Part shown: piece after piece, positions 47,304 through 57,326 of the stretch
How positions within the stretch are numbered: the first letter of the stretch is position 1
Layout: every line of letters starts with the position of its first letter
NCBI GenBank assembly: GCA_903832285.1
Contig: CAILAY010000159.1
Location: 13,808-77,807, forward strand
Source: an uncultured beta proteobacterium
GTDB lineage: Bacteria; Pseudomonadota; Gammaproteobacteria; Burkholderiales; Burkholderiaceae_C
DNA: 64,000 nt
Direction of reading: 5' to 3'
Program-made: the position numbers and the translations under genes
The notes under the pieces: model-generated
What the model saw: the letters and a program-made list of their open reading frames with translations, nothing else
Database searches by the model: none
Told to the model about the DNA's origin: nothing

Positions 47304-50300
47304 TGCTGTGGCGGGTGGCGGTGTGGGCCGCGTTGGCTCTGGCAGGTGCGATGCCAGCCGCGCGAGCGCAGCCAGTCGAAGTGGGAACAGGCCGCTTGCT
47401 GGACAACTTCGAAGACATCACGCCGTGGAGCGCCAGCGCTTCCGATCAGGTCAAGGCCACGCTGCGCCAGGTGGATGGCGTCAAGGGTCGGGCGCTGTGT
47501 CTGGACTACGATTTCAATGGTGTTGCGGGCTACGCTTTCGCACGGCGCGCCCTGCCTCTGGATTTTCCCGAGAACTACCGCTTCGACTTGCAGGTTCGCG
47601 GTGACGGTCTGAGCAATCAGCTGGAAGTCAAGTGGGTGGACGCCAGCGGCGACAACGTCTGGTGGGCCCGGCGGCGCGACTACACGCCGAGCACCGAGTG
47701 GCAGCCATGGGCCATCAAGAAGCGCCACATTGACTTGGCCTGGGGACCGACCTCAGACAAGCAGTTGCGCCGCACGGCGTCGATGGAACTGGTGGTGTCC
47801 AGCGGCAAGGGAGGTGGGCGCGGCTCGCTCTGCTTCGACGAGTTGCACTTCACCACCTTGCCAGCGCCCAGCGGCGCGGCTGACGCTCCCGTCATCAGCG
47901 CGGCGGCGGCAAGTCTTGCCGATGCCGCGCAGGTGCGGGTGGACCTGGGCCAGCCGCGTGAGTTTGGCGGCGTGGTGTTGCACTGGTCGGCGCAGGCTGC
48001 AGCGTCGCGCTACGACGTGCAGTTTTCCAACGACCAGGAGCACTGGATAACGGTACGCAGCGTGCAGCAAGCAGCGGGTCGGGATCAGTACGTGCTGCTG
48101 CCTGAATCCGAAACACGATTCCTGCGTTTGTTGCTTCATGACGCCGCGACAGTCGCCCCAAAGCTTGACAGCATCGAAGTGCGCGACGTGGCCTTCGGCG
48201 CCAGCCCCAATGCCTTCTTTCAGGTCATAGCCAAAGAATCTGCGCCGGGCCTTTATCCGCGCGGGTTTTCCGGTCAACAACCGTATTGGACGCTGGTGGG
48301 TGTGGATGGCGGCAGCGATTCCGGCTTGATTGGCGAAGACGGCGCCATCGAGGTGGGCAAAGGCGGTTTTTCCATCGAGCCCTTTCTGATTACCGGTCCC
48401 GGTGCGGCCGGACGCGTGACCTGGGCGCAGGTGCGCGCGACGCAGACCTTGCAGGAGGGCTATCTGCCCATTCCCACGGTGCACTGGCAGTATCAGGACC
48501 TCGCACTGGACGTCACGGCCGTTGCCTCTGGCAGCACGCAGCAAGCACAACTGCTGGGCCGCTACACGCTGGTCAACCGTGGCAGCAAGGCGCGCAGCTT
48601 CAAGCTGGTGCTGGCGTTGCGACCGTTCCAGGTGAATCCGCCGATGCAGTTTCTCAATACGCCCGGCGGCGTCAGCGACATCCACTCCATCGCATGGGAT
48701 CGGCAGGCGGTATCGGTCAATGGCCAGCGTCGCGTCTGGCCGCTGGAAGTGCCGGACGCCTTTGCTTCTTCGGGCTTCCAGGCCGGGCACATCTTGGACA
48801 AAGTGGAGCGCTCCAGCAGCAACGCTGCGCAAAGTCTGAATGATGATTTTGGCTATGCCAGTGGCGCGCTCGTCTACCAGGTCACGCTGCCGCCGCACGG
48901 GCGAAAGACCTTCCATTTGCTGATGCCGTTGTACGGCGCGGTGCAGCTTCCTCCCGATGCCCGACGCAGTGCACGTTGGGCCGAACAACAGCACAAGGTC
49001 GTCGCCGATGCCTGGCGCGAAAAGCTCAATCGCGTCAGCTTGCAAGTGCCCGTTGCGGGGCAGCATGTGGCGGACACTTTGCGCTCTTCGCTGGCGCACA
49101 TGCTGATGTCGCGCGACGGTCCCGCGCTGCAACCAGGCACGCGTTCCTATGCGCGCTCCTGGATTCGCGACGGCGCGATGATGGTTGAAGGCCTGCTGCG
49201 TCTGGGGCAGAACCGCGTGGCCAGCGATTTCGTCGAGTGGTTCGCGCCGTACCAATTCGACAGCGGCAAGGTGCCGTGTTGCGTGGACAAGCGTGGCGCC
49301 GATCCGGTGCCGGAAAACGACAGCCACGGCGAGTTGATTTTTGCCATCGCCGAGCTCTACCGCTACACCCACGACAGTGCCCAACTGGAGCGCCTGTGGC
49401 CGCACGTGGAGCGTGCCGCGAACTACCTGGAGACGCTGCGCCAGAGCGAACGCAACCCACAAAATCGCGCGGGCGAAAGAGCCGGCTTCTGGGGCATGAT
49501 GCCAGCGTCCATCAGCCACGAAGGCTATTCGGCCAAGCCCATGCATTCGTACTGGGACAACTTCTGGTCACTGCGCGGCTTCAAGGACGCAGCGTTCATT
49601 GCCGATGTGCTGGGACATGCCGCGGCGGGAAAACGCATCGCTGCAGAACGCGATGAATTCCGGCGCGAGTTGCATCAGTCGCTTGCCCTGACCGCGCAAC
49701 GGCACCAGATCGACTACCTTCCCGGTGCGGCCGAACTCGGAGATTTCGACGCCACCTCCAGCACCGTGGCGCTGTCCCCCGGCGGCGAGCAATCGCGTCT
49801 GGATCCGGAGCTGTTTAAGGGCACGTTCGAGCGCTATTGGAACAACTTCGTTGCGCGCCGCGACGGTCCCGCGGACTGGGAAGACTACACGCCGTATGAA
49901 CTGCGCACGGTGGGATCGATGCTGCGCCTGGGGCAGGCCGGGCGTGCCCACGAAGCTCTGACGTTTTTCTTTGGGGACCAGCGCCCGCAGGGCTGGAACC
50001 AGTGGGCCGAAGTGGTGGGACGCGAGGTGCGCCAGCCGCGCTTTGTGGGCGACATGCCGCACACCTGGATCTCCAGCGACTACGTGCGATCGGCGCTCGA
50101 CATGTTCGCGTACGAGCGGGAAGACGATCAGGCGCTGGTGCTGGCGGCCGGCATCCCCGTGGCCTGGATGCAGGGCAGCGGCGTCGCCGTCTCGGGTCTG
50201 CGCACGTCCTGCGGCACTTTGGGATACCGCCTGCGTTTAGTACGCGGTCAACTGCATCTGGATCTGCAGCCGGGGGTGACCTTGCCTGCGGGTGGCCTTG

Positions 50301-50398
50301 TGTTTCAATGGCCTGGCAAAACCAGGCCGCCGCAGGCCATGGTGAACGGCAGACCGTTGCCGTGGGATGGGATGACACTGAGGGTGTTGTCCATTTGA
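47300..50398 (+). CDS. secreted 1032-aa multidomain protein: CBM/discoidin-like domains + beta-sandwich + GH15-like (alpha/alpha)6 domain; family unassigned
   Basis: Signal peptide (WAALALAGAMPAARAQ) and an F5/8-type-C-like segment (VRVDLGQPREFGGVVLHWSAQAAASRYDVQFSNDQEHWITV..RFLRLLL). The C-terminal region carries six-hairpin-type motifs (SYARSWIRDGAMMVEGL; PENDSHGELIFAIAELY; ISHEGYS; GDMPHTW). The start overlaps the permease stop. Confidence 0.55.
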   Translation: MMLWRVAVWAALALAGAMPAARAQPVEVGTGRLLDNFEDITPWSASASDQVKATLRQVDGVKGRALCLDYDFNGVAGYAFARRALPLDFPENYRFDLQVRGDGLSNQLEVKWVDASGDNVWWARRRDYTPSTEWQPWAIKKRHIDLAWGPTSDKQLRRTASMELVVSSGKGGGRGSLCFDELHFTTLPAPSGAADAPVISAAAASLADAAQVRVDLGQPREFGGVVLHWSAQAAASRYDVQFSNDQEHWITVRSVQQAAGRDQYVLLPESETRFLRLLLHDAATVAPKLDSIEVRDVAFGASPNAFFQVIAKESAPGLYPRGFSGQQPYWTLVGVDGGSDSGLIGEDGAIEVGKGGFSIEPFLITGPGAAGRVTWAQVRATQTLQEGYLPIPTVHWQYQDLALDVTAVASGSTQQAQLLGRYTLVNRGSKARSFKLVLALRPFQVNPPMQFLNTPGGVSDIHSIAWDRQAVSVNGQRRVWPLEVPDAFASSGFQAGHILDKVERSSSNAAQSLNDDFGYASGALVYQVTLPPHGRKTFHLLMPLYGAVQLPPDARRSARWAEQQHKVVADAWREKLNRVSLQVPVAGQHVADTLRSSLAHMLMSRDGPALQPGTRSYARSWIRDGAMMVEGLLRLGQNRVASDFVEWFAPYQFDSGKVPCCVDKRGADPVPENDSHGELIFAIAELYRYTHDSAQLERLWPHVERAANYLETLRQSERNPQNRAGERAGFWGMMPASISHEGYSAKPMHSYWDNFWSLRGFKDAAFIADVLGHAAAGKRIAAERDEFRRELHQSLALTAQRHQIDYLPGAAELGDFDATSSTVALSPGGEQSRLDPELFKGTFERYWNNFVARRDGPADWEDYTPYELRTVGSMLRLGQAGRAHEALTFFFGDQRPQGWNQWAEVVGREVRQPRFVGDMPHTWISSDYVRSALDMFAYEREDDQALVLAAGIPVAWMQGSGVAVSGLRTSCGTLGYRLRLVRGQLHLDLQPGVTLPAGGLVFQWPGKTRPPQAMVNGRPLPWDGMTLRVLSI

Positions 50399-50444
50399 GG
50401 TTTTCAGTTTTCTCTCGAAGGTGGGTTTCAGCATTGGACAGTCC

Positions 50445-52421
50445 ATGACAAGACGCAATTGGTTGCCGGCTTCGTTGCTGTTGGCAATCCATGGCGCTGC
50501 CGCGCTGGCCGATCCGCTGCCGGTGCAGGCTTTCTTTTCCAAACCCGCGATAGGCGTTGTTTCGCTGTCGCCGTCGGGAAAGACACTGGCGGCAACACTG
50601 CTGGGCGGGCGCGGCCGCATGGAACTGGCGATTGCCGATCTCGATCAGCAGCCCTTGAAGTTCAAGACAGCCGCGTGGCTGCGCGACTACGATGTCGCCG
50701 ATGTCTCGTGGGTCAATGAAAAGCGCATGGTCTTCCAGGCCTACGACTCGCAGGCAGGCAGTTGGGCTGGAGTTTCCGGTCTTTGGGCTGTCGATGCCGA
50801 CGGCGAAAACGGGAAGCTCCTGATCGACCCCAAGTACGGCGGCTATCGGCTCATGGCAACCAAGTCAACAAACGTGTTGCCCGGCGAATGGGCGCTGTTT
50901 TCGACGTTGACCGACGGAACGGACGATGTCTTGATCGCAGAGTTGCCGGCATACAACTCGCGACTCGAGACGGTGACGCTGGCCAGGCTCAATACGCGCA
51001 TGGTCTGGCCGGTGCGTCTGACCAGTGATGCGCCGGATGGAGCTTACAACTGGATCGTTGACGGCAAAGGAATTCCGCGCTGGGTCGAGAGCTTCGCCGA
51101 TATGAAGCGGCACATCTTTGAACGCACTCAGGACCGCTGGAGGGAGGTCGCCAGTTTCGATGCGACTCGCCCGGTCGGTTGGGCCCCGCGCTTCTTGATC
51201 GAAGACCAGTTGTTTGTCGCGGCCGAATCGGGTTCAAGCGTTGGTTCGCGTTTGACGCTGTTCGACGCTGGCAGCGCCGCGCCAGGCGCGGTGCCGATTC
51301 TTGCGGCCCCTGGGTTTGACGTAGGGAACAATGCTCACCCGCTGATCGACGCGGACAGCAAGCGACTGCTCGGATGGCGCTACACGCTGGACTCCGTCTA
51401 CACGCGGTGGATCGACGCAACGATGCTCAAGGCACAGGCTCTTATCGATGATGAAATTCCCCAGCACATCAATCTGATTCATTGCCAATCATGTCTTAGT
51501 GCGAAGCGCTGGCTCGTGTCCAGCATTTCTGATCGAGATCCAACAGCTTATTCGATCTTCGAGCCCGCCACGGGGCGACTCCAGGCCATCGGCAGTCCCT
51601 ATCCGCAGATACTCCCCAAAGACTTGGGAGCGCGCAGTTTTCACCGGATCAAGGCGCGGGACGGCGCTGATTTGCCGGTGTACATGACCCTGCCGGGAGG
51701 CTCCTCCGTCAAGAATCTTCCGGCGGTGGTGCTGGTCCACGGCGGGCCCTGGTCTCGTACGAGACTCGAATTCGGCATGGTGGCGCAGTTCCTCGCGTCG
51801 CGTGGCTACGTCGTTATCGAACCCGAATTTCGTGGCAGCACCGGCTATGGCACGGCGCATTTTGTCGCAGGCTGGCGCCAATGGGGGCTGGCGATGGAAG
51901 ATGACTTGCAGGACGCCCTGCAATGGGCCATCGGCAACGGTTGGGTGGATGGTCGGCGCGTCTGCATCATGGGCGCCAGCTATGGTGGCTATGCGGCCTT
52001 GATGGGCGTGGTGCAGCACCCTGGCAGCTATCGCTGCGCCATCAGCTGGGTTGGCGTGACCGACCTGCCGGAGTTGCTGAAAAATGATCGTTTCAGTTGG
52101 GGCGCAAAGGATGTCACCACCGTGATAGAAGAACTTTCCATCGGTGATCCCGAACTTCAGCGGGACAAGCTCAAGCAAACTTCACCGGTGTTCCGTGCCG
52201 CCGCTATTCATGTGCCCGTGTTGGCAGCCTGGGGCAAGGATGATCTGCGCGTGCCGATCGAACAGGGACGTGATTTCCGGGATGCGGCAAAACGCGCGGG
52301 TGTCGATCTGGAATATGTCGAATACGCCGAAGAAGGTCACAACTGGCTCAAGGCGGAGACGTCCATCGATTTCTTCACCCGCGTCGAGAAGCTGCTGGCG
52401 CGCACCATCGGACAAAAGTGA
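50445..52421 (+). CDS. secreted S9-family (prolyl oligopeptidase-type) alpha/beta serine hydrolase
   Basis: Signal peptide (LLLAIHGAAALA) and an N-terminal propeller-like region. Catalytic residues: GASYGGY (Ser), GKDDLRVP (Asp), EGHNW (His). Confidence 0.85.
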   Translation: MTRRNWLPASLLLAIHGAAALADPLPVQAFFSKPAIGVVSLSPSGKTLAATLLGGRGRMELAIADLDQQPLKFKTAAWLRDYDVADVSWVNEKRMVFQAYDSQAGSWAGVSGLWAVDADGENGKLLIDPKYGGYRLMATKSTNVLPGEWALFSTLTDGTDDVLIAELPAYNSRLETVTLARLNTRMVWPVRLTSDAPDGAYNWIVDGKGIPRWVESFADMKRHIFERTQDRWREVASFDATRPVGWAPRFLIEDQLFVAAESGSSVGSRLTLFDAGSAAPGAVPILAAPGFDVGNNAHPLIDADSKRLLGWRYTLDSVYTRWIDATMLKAQALIDDEIPQHINLIHCQSCLSAKRWLVSSISDRDPTAYSIFEPATGRLQAIGSPYPQILPKDLGARSFHRIKARDGADLPVYMTLPGGSSVKNLPAVVLVHGGPWSRTRLEFGMVAQFLASRGYVVIEPEFRGSTGYGTAHFVAGWRQWGLAMEDDLQDALQWAIGNGWVDGRRVCIMGASYGGYAALMGVVQHPGSYRCAISWVGVTDLPELLKNDRFSWGAKDVTTVIEELSIGDPELQRDKLKQTSPVFRAAAIHVPVLAAWGKDDLRVPIEQGRDFRDAAKRAGVDLEYVEYAEEGHNWLKAETSIDFFTRVEKLLARTIGQK

Positions 52422-52451
52422 CGCGCGCGGTGCCACCGCTTGGCGCGGACG

Positions 52452-55400
52452 CTAGCCCAGCAGCACGCGCAGGCGATGGATCGCGCCGTCCTTGAGCAGC
52501 GCCACTGCCACGACATCTGGGGTGCACGCAACGCTGGCATCGTCCAGCGTTGCCGATACAACGCCCTGAGCCCTGCGCTGCGGGTTGGTGACCTCGATCT
52601 CGTAGCGGGTGCCGTCACCCAGCCGATAACGCATCGTGTAGCCCGGCCAATCGTCTGGAATTCGGGGCGCCAGTCGCAGCGTGTTGCCGCCTTCGATGGA
52701 GAAGCCCAACAGGGATTCGATCGCCACGCGGAACATCCAGCCAGCCGATCCCGTGTACCAGGTCCAGCCGCCACGGCCCACGTGCGGCGCCACGCCGTAG
52801 ATGTCGGCGGCGATCACGTAGGGTTCGACCTTGTAGCGGTCCGCGTCAGCGGCATGGCTGCTGTGGCTGATGGGGCTGAGCATCTTCAGCAACTGCGCGG
52901 CGCGCTCACGCCGTCCGGCCATGGCCATGGCCTTCACCACCCACAGCGCAGCGTGGGTGTACTGGCCGCCGTTCTCGCGCACGCCCGCGACGTAGCCCTT
53001 GATGTAGCCGGGATCGTGCGGCGTGTTCTCGAACGGCGGCGTGAGCAGCCGGATCAGCTTGTCATCATCGTTGATGAGATGTTGTTCCAGCGCGTCCAGC
53101 GCCTTGTCTGCGCGCTCGGACGGGGCCACGCCGGAGATGATGGCCCAGGCCTGCGCCAGGGCGTCGATCTTGCATTCGTCGCTGTCCCTGGAACCCAGTG
53201 GAGCGCCGTTGTCGTACCAGGCACGCCGGTACCAGTCGCCGTCCCAGCCCGAGTCGTTCAGCGCCAGCAACAGGTCCGCGCGATGCTTCCGGTACCTTGA
53301 GGCACGGGCACGGTCGCTGCGCGTATCGCACCATGGCAGGAAGTCGCCCAGGATGGTGTAGAGGAAGAAGCCCATCCACACGCTTTCACCTTGGCCTTCC
53401 CGCCCGACGCGGCTCATGCCGTCGTTCCAGTCGCCGCAACCGAACAAGGGAAGGCCGTGCACCCCCCGGGCGAGCGAACGGTCAATCGCGCGGCAGCAAT
53501 GCTCATACACGTCGGCGCTTTCACCCGAGTCGCTGGGCTGCAGATAGCGTTCGTCTTCTTCCGTGGCCAGGAATTCGGCACTGACAAACCGGGCCTGCTC
53601 CTGCATCACGCTGTCGTCACCGGTGGTGTTGATGTAGTAGGCGGCAAGGTAGGGCAGCCACAGCAGGTCGTCGGCAAAGCGCGTACGCATACCTTTGCTC
53701 AAGGGCGGGTGCCACCAGTGCAGCACGTCGCCTTCGACAAACTGGTGTGCAGCGTTGATCAGGATTTGCTGGCGCGTCAGATCGGGGCGCAGGTAGATGA
53801 GCGAGGCCGCGTCCTGCAACTGGTCGCGAAAACCGTAGGCCCCACCCGACTGGTAGAACGCCGTGCGGCCCCACATGCGGCACGCCAGATTCTGGTATGG
53901 CAGCCAGCCATTGACCATGATGTCGATCTCTCGGCAGGGCGTTTCGATCTGCATGCCGCCCACCAAATCGTGCCAGAACTCGCGTACCTGCGACAGCGCG
54001 GCGTCGACGGCACCGGGAACCCTGAGGCGCGCAAGCAGTGGCGCCAGTTCGGCCTCATCACTGACCTCACCCAGGAAGAAACTCAACTCGCCCGTCTCGC
54101 CGGGGGAGATGTCGAGCGTGGCGTGCAAAGCGGCACAGGGCTGGCTTCCGATGGCCTGATTCAGCGGGCCGCCGCGACGCACGGCCTGCGGCGCGGCCAT
54201 GCTGCCGGGTTGCCCCAAAAATGCGGCTCGATCTGCGGCCCAACTCAGGCTTTCAGTCTGATCGACGGCGGCGAAGGCCACGCGCTGGGCAAACGCACCC
54301 GCTTGTGGGTTGCGGGCGCACAGCGCCGCGACGTCGCGGTCGAATGCAACGCTGACATCGGCTTGCGTGGCCTCGGGTGCGACGCCCAGCACCCAGCGGT
54401 TAAAGCCGTAGACCGAGAGCCTGCGCGTCTTTGTGCCGGTGTTCTTCAGGCGCAGGCGCAGCACGCGAACCGGATCATGTTGCGGCACGAACATGCAGGC
54501 TTCCTGCTCCAGTCCGTGTGCGTGCAGGTACCAGGTGGAATAGCCAAAACCATGGCGCACCTCGTAGTCCGCGCTCGCCGGCGCCGGACCCGGCAGGGGC
54601 GACCAGAAGGCGCCCGAGTCGTCGTCGCGCACATAACAGGCATCGTCATGGGTATCGCTGATGGGGTCGTTGCTCCAGGGCGTCAAGCGGTGCTCGCGGC
54701 TGTTGCCCGCCCACATCGTGCCCGCGCCTTTTTCACTCACGACTACGCCACACAGGGGATTGGCCAACACATTGGTCCAGGGCATCGGCGGCAGCTTCAG
54801 ACCCGCGGCGCCCTGGTGTGGCAGGCGGATGACGTATTCGCTGCCGTCGGCACTGAAGCCACCGTAACCATTGAAGAATTGCAGTGCCTCGGGCGTCACG
54901 CCCGTACCGGGCTCGGCCGCAAAGGGCTGCTGCGTTGGCAGCGTCCCGCGCTGATCGCCTGCGCCCTGACTCAGGTCCGCCCAAACGCTGTCCGGAGGTG
55001 GCGCTGTGGCCGGATCCTTTGGCGCACCGCTTGCCTTTGCCTGCGCAAACAGCGACCTCACGTCAAGCGCTGACCAGCTGACTGCGGCTTGCAGCAAGCC
55101 GGCGCGATCGGGCGCAACGCCCAGGGCAAAGCACAGCGTCTGCGACTCGCCAGGCGCCAATGTGATGACGGTGCGAAGCGCCAGCGCGGGGTCCAGCACA
55201 TTGCCCGTGCTGCCACTGAGACGCGTGTTGTCCGCGAGCGCCACCGGGGCGCTGCAGTCGCGCCCACGGCCGATGAAACGAGCGCGCTCACTCTCCCACT
55301 CCGTAACCCTGTTCTGCAGCAGCGTCATCGCCACGCAGGGATGGTTTTCGGTGTTGCTGCGTGCACGGCGCTTGGCCAGCAACGTTTGCACATCGGGATG

Positions 55401-55874
55401 CCATTCGGTCTGCACGAAGAGCTTGGAGAAGGCGGGGTGACCGGCGTGATCAGCAGGGTCGTTCAGCACCACTTCGAGATAGCTCGTGACTTCGATGCGG
55501 CGCTCACTTTGGCCGTGATTGTCCAGGCGCACGCGGCGCAGTTCCAGCAATCCATCCGGGCTCAGGCAGATGTCGGTGCGCGAGGCGACGCCGTGGTGCG
55601 TGCGTCGAATGCTCGCCACAGCGCCGGAAATCGTCACCTCGCCCGCGCTTTGCCCGGGCACCGGGGAGGCGGAGGCGGTCCAGATTTGGCGATCGTCCAG
55701 ATCGCGCAGGTAGACGAACCAGCCACCATTCTCTTGCACGCTATCGGGTTTCCATGCGTTGAGCAGATAGTCGCCATAGGCGGAAAAACCGGCACCTCGT
55801 GCGGTCAGGAAAACGCGGTAGTCGGCGCTGCAGAGCCAGAGCGGCGCGTGATGCTTCGTAGGGGTCGTTGCCAC
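52452..55874 (-). CDS. GH94-family glycoside phosphorylase, candidate 1,2-beta-oligoglucan phosphorylase
   Basis: 1140 aa with no signal peptide. GH94 hallmarks are present: GGAYGFRDQLQD, HWWHPP, GCGDWNDGM (catalytic Asp context) and GGQYTHAALW. Its length and its GH144-like neighbour favour the long sophoro-oligosaccharide phosphorylase type over the roughly 800-aa cellobiose or chitobiose phosphorylases. Substrate is inference. Confidence 0.7.
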   Translation of the reverse strand: MATTPTKHHAPLWLCSADYRVFLTARGAGFSAYGDYLLNAWKPDSVQENGGWFVYLRDLDDRQIWTASASPVPGQSAGEVTISGAVASIRRTHHGVASRTDICLSPDGLLELRRVRLDNHGQSERRIEVTSYLEVVLNDPADHAGHPAFSKLFVQTEWHPDVQTLLAKRRARSNTENHPCVAMTLLQNRVTEWESERARFIGRGRDCSAPVALADNTRLSGSTGNVLDPALALRTVITLAPGESQTLCFALGVAPDRAGLLQAAVSWSALDVRSLFAQAKASGAPKDPATAPPPDSVWADLSQGAGDQRGTLPTQQPFAAEPGTGVTPEALQFFNGYGGFSADGSEYVIRLPHQGAAGLKLPPMPWTNVLANPLCGVVVSEKGAGTMWAGNSREHRLTPWSNDPISDTHDDACYVRDDDSGAFWSPLPGPAPASADYEVRHGFGYSTWYLHAHGLEQEACMFVPQHDPVRVLRLRLKNTGTKTRRLSVYGFNRWVLGVAPEATQADVSVAFDRDVAALCARNPQAGAFAQRVAFAAVDQTESLSWAADRAAFLGQPGSMAAPQAVRRGGPLNQAIGSQPCAALHATLDISPGETGELSFFLGEVSDEAELAPLLARLRVPGAVDAALSQVREFWHDLVGGMQIETPCREIDIMVNGWLPYQNLACRMWGRTAFYQSGGAYGFRDQLQDAASLIYLRPDLTRQQILINAAHQFVEGDVLHWWHPPLSKGMRTRFADDLLWLPYLAAYYINTTGDDSVMQEQARFVSAEFLATEEDERYLQPSDSGESADVYEHCCRAIDRSLARGVHGLPLFGCGDWNDGMSRVGREGQGESVWMGFFLYTILGDFLPWCDTRSDRARASRYRKHRADLLLALNDSGWDGDWYRRAWYDNGAPLGSRDSDECKIDALAQAWAIISGVAPSERADKALDALEQHLINDDDKLIRLLTPPFENTPHDPGYIKGYVAGVRENGGQYTHAALWVVKAMAMAGRRERAAQLLKMLSPISHSSHAADADRYKVEPYVIAADIYGVAPHVGRGGWTWYTGSAGWMFRVAIESLLGFSIEGGNTLRLAPRIPDDWPGYTMRYRLGDGTRYEIEVTNPQRRAQGVVSATLDDASVACTPDVVAVALLKDGAIHRLRVLLG

Positions 55875-55928
55875 GGAGATTGACTTCAGTTGTAGGCGCT
55901 GGGAAAAGAGGTGCTGAGCGGAGAGGTG

Positions 55929-57296
55929 CTAGCGCTCGGCTGTCGGTTCGCCCAGCGCGCGGCCACCCGTTGCAATGACGCGCGAGTAGTAATGGGCGCT
56001 GTCCTTGGGCGTACGCTGCTGCGTCTGCAGGTTCACGTGGACCAGGCCGAAGCGTTTGGAAAATCCATGCGACCACTCCAGGTTATCCAGCAGCGACCAT
56101 GCGAAATAGCCGCGCAGATTCACTCCCTGAGCCATGGCCTGATGCAGCGCCTGCAGGTGCTTTTTTAGATATGCCACACGCAGCGGATCACACAGTTGTC
56201 CCTCTTCGGCCACCGGAGGGTCGTAAAAGGCGGAGCCGTTTTCCGTCACATACAGCGGCAGATCGCCATAGCGGTGTTTCAGCCAGAGCAGGGTGTCGGT
56301 CAGACCCTGCGGATAAACCTCCCAGCCGGTTTCCGTGATGGTCGCGTGCGACTGACGCACCGGCGAGGCCCTCACTGGCCAGGCGTTTTCATCGTGCCGG
56401 TTTACGCTTCGCGTGTAGTAATTCACACCCAGAAAATCGATGGGTTGGCGGATCAGGTCCATGTCGGCCTGAGGCCAGACCGGCCAGGCTGCGCCGAAGA
56501 TTTCCGTCATTTCCTGCGGGTAGCACCCCAGCAGGGCGGGGTCAAGGTACTGCCGGTTCATATAGGCATCAGCGCGCTGGGTCGCTGCCAGATCGGCCTC
56601 GGCGCTGGATGCCGGATGCTTGGGTTCGATGTTCACGACCAGGCCAATCTGATGCTTGCCAATAGCCCTGTACGCCTGCACTGCGGCTCCGTGGGAGCGC
56701 ATCAGATGGTGCGTGGCAATCGGTGCCTCGTACAGGTTGCGGTGTCCCGGTGCCAGCGTACCGTGCAGATAGCCGCCATCCGTGACGACCCAGGGTTCAT
56801 TCAATGTGCACCACAGCTTCACCCGGTCATCTAGCGTGCGGAACATCAGGGCGGCGTAGTCGGCGAACCAGTGCGCGCTATCCGGATTGAGCCAGCCACC
56901 ACGGTTGTCCAGCGCCTCGGGCAGATCCCAATGGTAGAGGGTGGCCATGGGCTGGATGCCGTGGGCCAACAGGCAATCGACGAGGCGTTCGTAGAAATCC
57001 AGTCCCCTCGCGTTGACGCGCCCCGTGCCGTCGGGCAAAACACGACCCCAGGCGATGCTGAAGCGATACGCCTGCAGTCCCAGCTTGTGCATGAGGGCGA
57101 CATCCGATTCGAAGCGGCGGTAGTGGTCACAAGCCACATCGCCCGTGTCGCCGTGCGTGATCATGCCGGGTGTGTGGGCAAACCGCTGCCAGATGCTGGG
57201 CCCCGCGCCATCGGCGGTGGGCGAGCCTTCAATCTGGTAGGCCGAGGTGGCACTGCCCCACAAGAACGAGTCCGGAAACTGGAAATCAGTGGCCAT
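55929..57296 (-). CDS. GH1 beta-glucosidase
   Basis: FPDSFLWGSATSAYQIEG at the N-terminus, acid/base TLNEP and nucleophile YVTENG. I chose the start at MATDFQFP (complement 57294-57296); the ORF opens at 57410. Confidence 0.93.
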   Translation of the reverse strand: MATDFQFPDSFLWGSATSAYQIEGSPTADGAGPSIWQRFAHTPGMITHGDTGDVACDHYRRFESDVALMHKLGLQAYRFSIAWGRVLPDGTGRVNARGLDFYERLVDCLLAHGIQPMATLYHWDLPEALDNRGGWLNPDSAHWFADYAALMFRTLDDRVKLWCTLNEPWVVTDGGYLHGTLAPGHRNLYEAPIATHHLMRSHGAAVQAYRAIGKHQIGLVVNIEPKHPASSAEADLAATQRADAYMNRQYLDPALLGCYPQEMTEIFGAAWPVWPQADMDLIRQPIDFLGVNYYTRSVNRHDENAWPVRASPVRQSHATITETGWEVYPQGLTDTLLWLKHRYGDLPLYVTENGSAFYDPPVAEEGQLCDPLRVAYLKKHLQALHQAMAQGVNLRGYFAWSLLDNLEWSHGFSKRFGLVHVNLQTQQRTPKDSAHYYSRVIATGGRALGEPTAER

Positions 57297-57326
57297 CAGG
57301 ATGCGATCGTGCGAATTGGATGGAAA

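Noticed and set aside
47753-49546. 597-aa minus-strand ORF antisense to the 1032-aa gene. Comparable ORFs occur at 53391-55073 (560 aa, antisense to GH94), 59724-60683, 60854-61825, 42783-43802, 31005-32207 and 33701-34840.
   Set aside because: Same reasoning as above: these are shadow ORFs of a high-GC3 genome. The sense-strand proteins carry clear family motifs and the antisense products carry none.
52422-52451. Short GC-rich palindrome GCGGTG-c-CACCGC between the convergent S9 hydrolase and GH94 genes, considered as a bidirectional terminator.
   Set aside because: The stem is only ~6 bp with a 1-nt centre, so it is sterically poor as a hairpin. It has no U-tracts.
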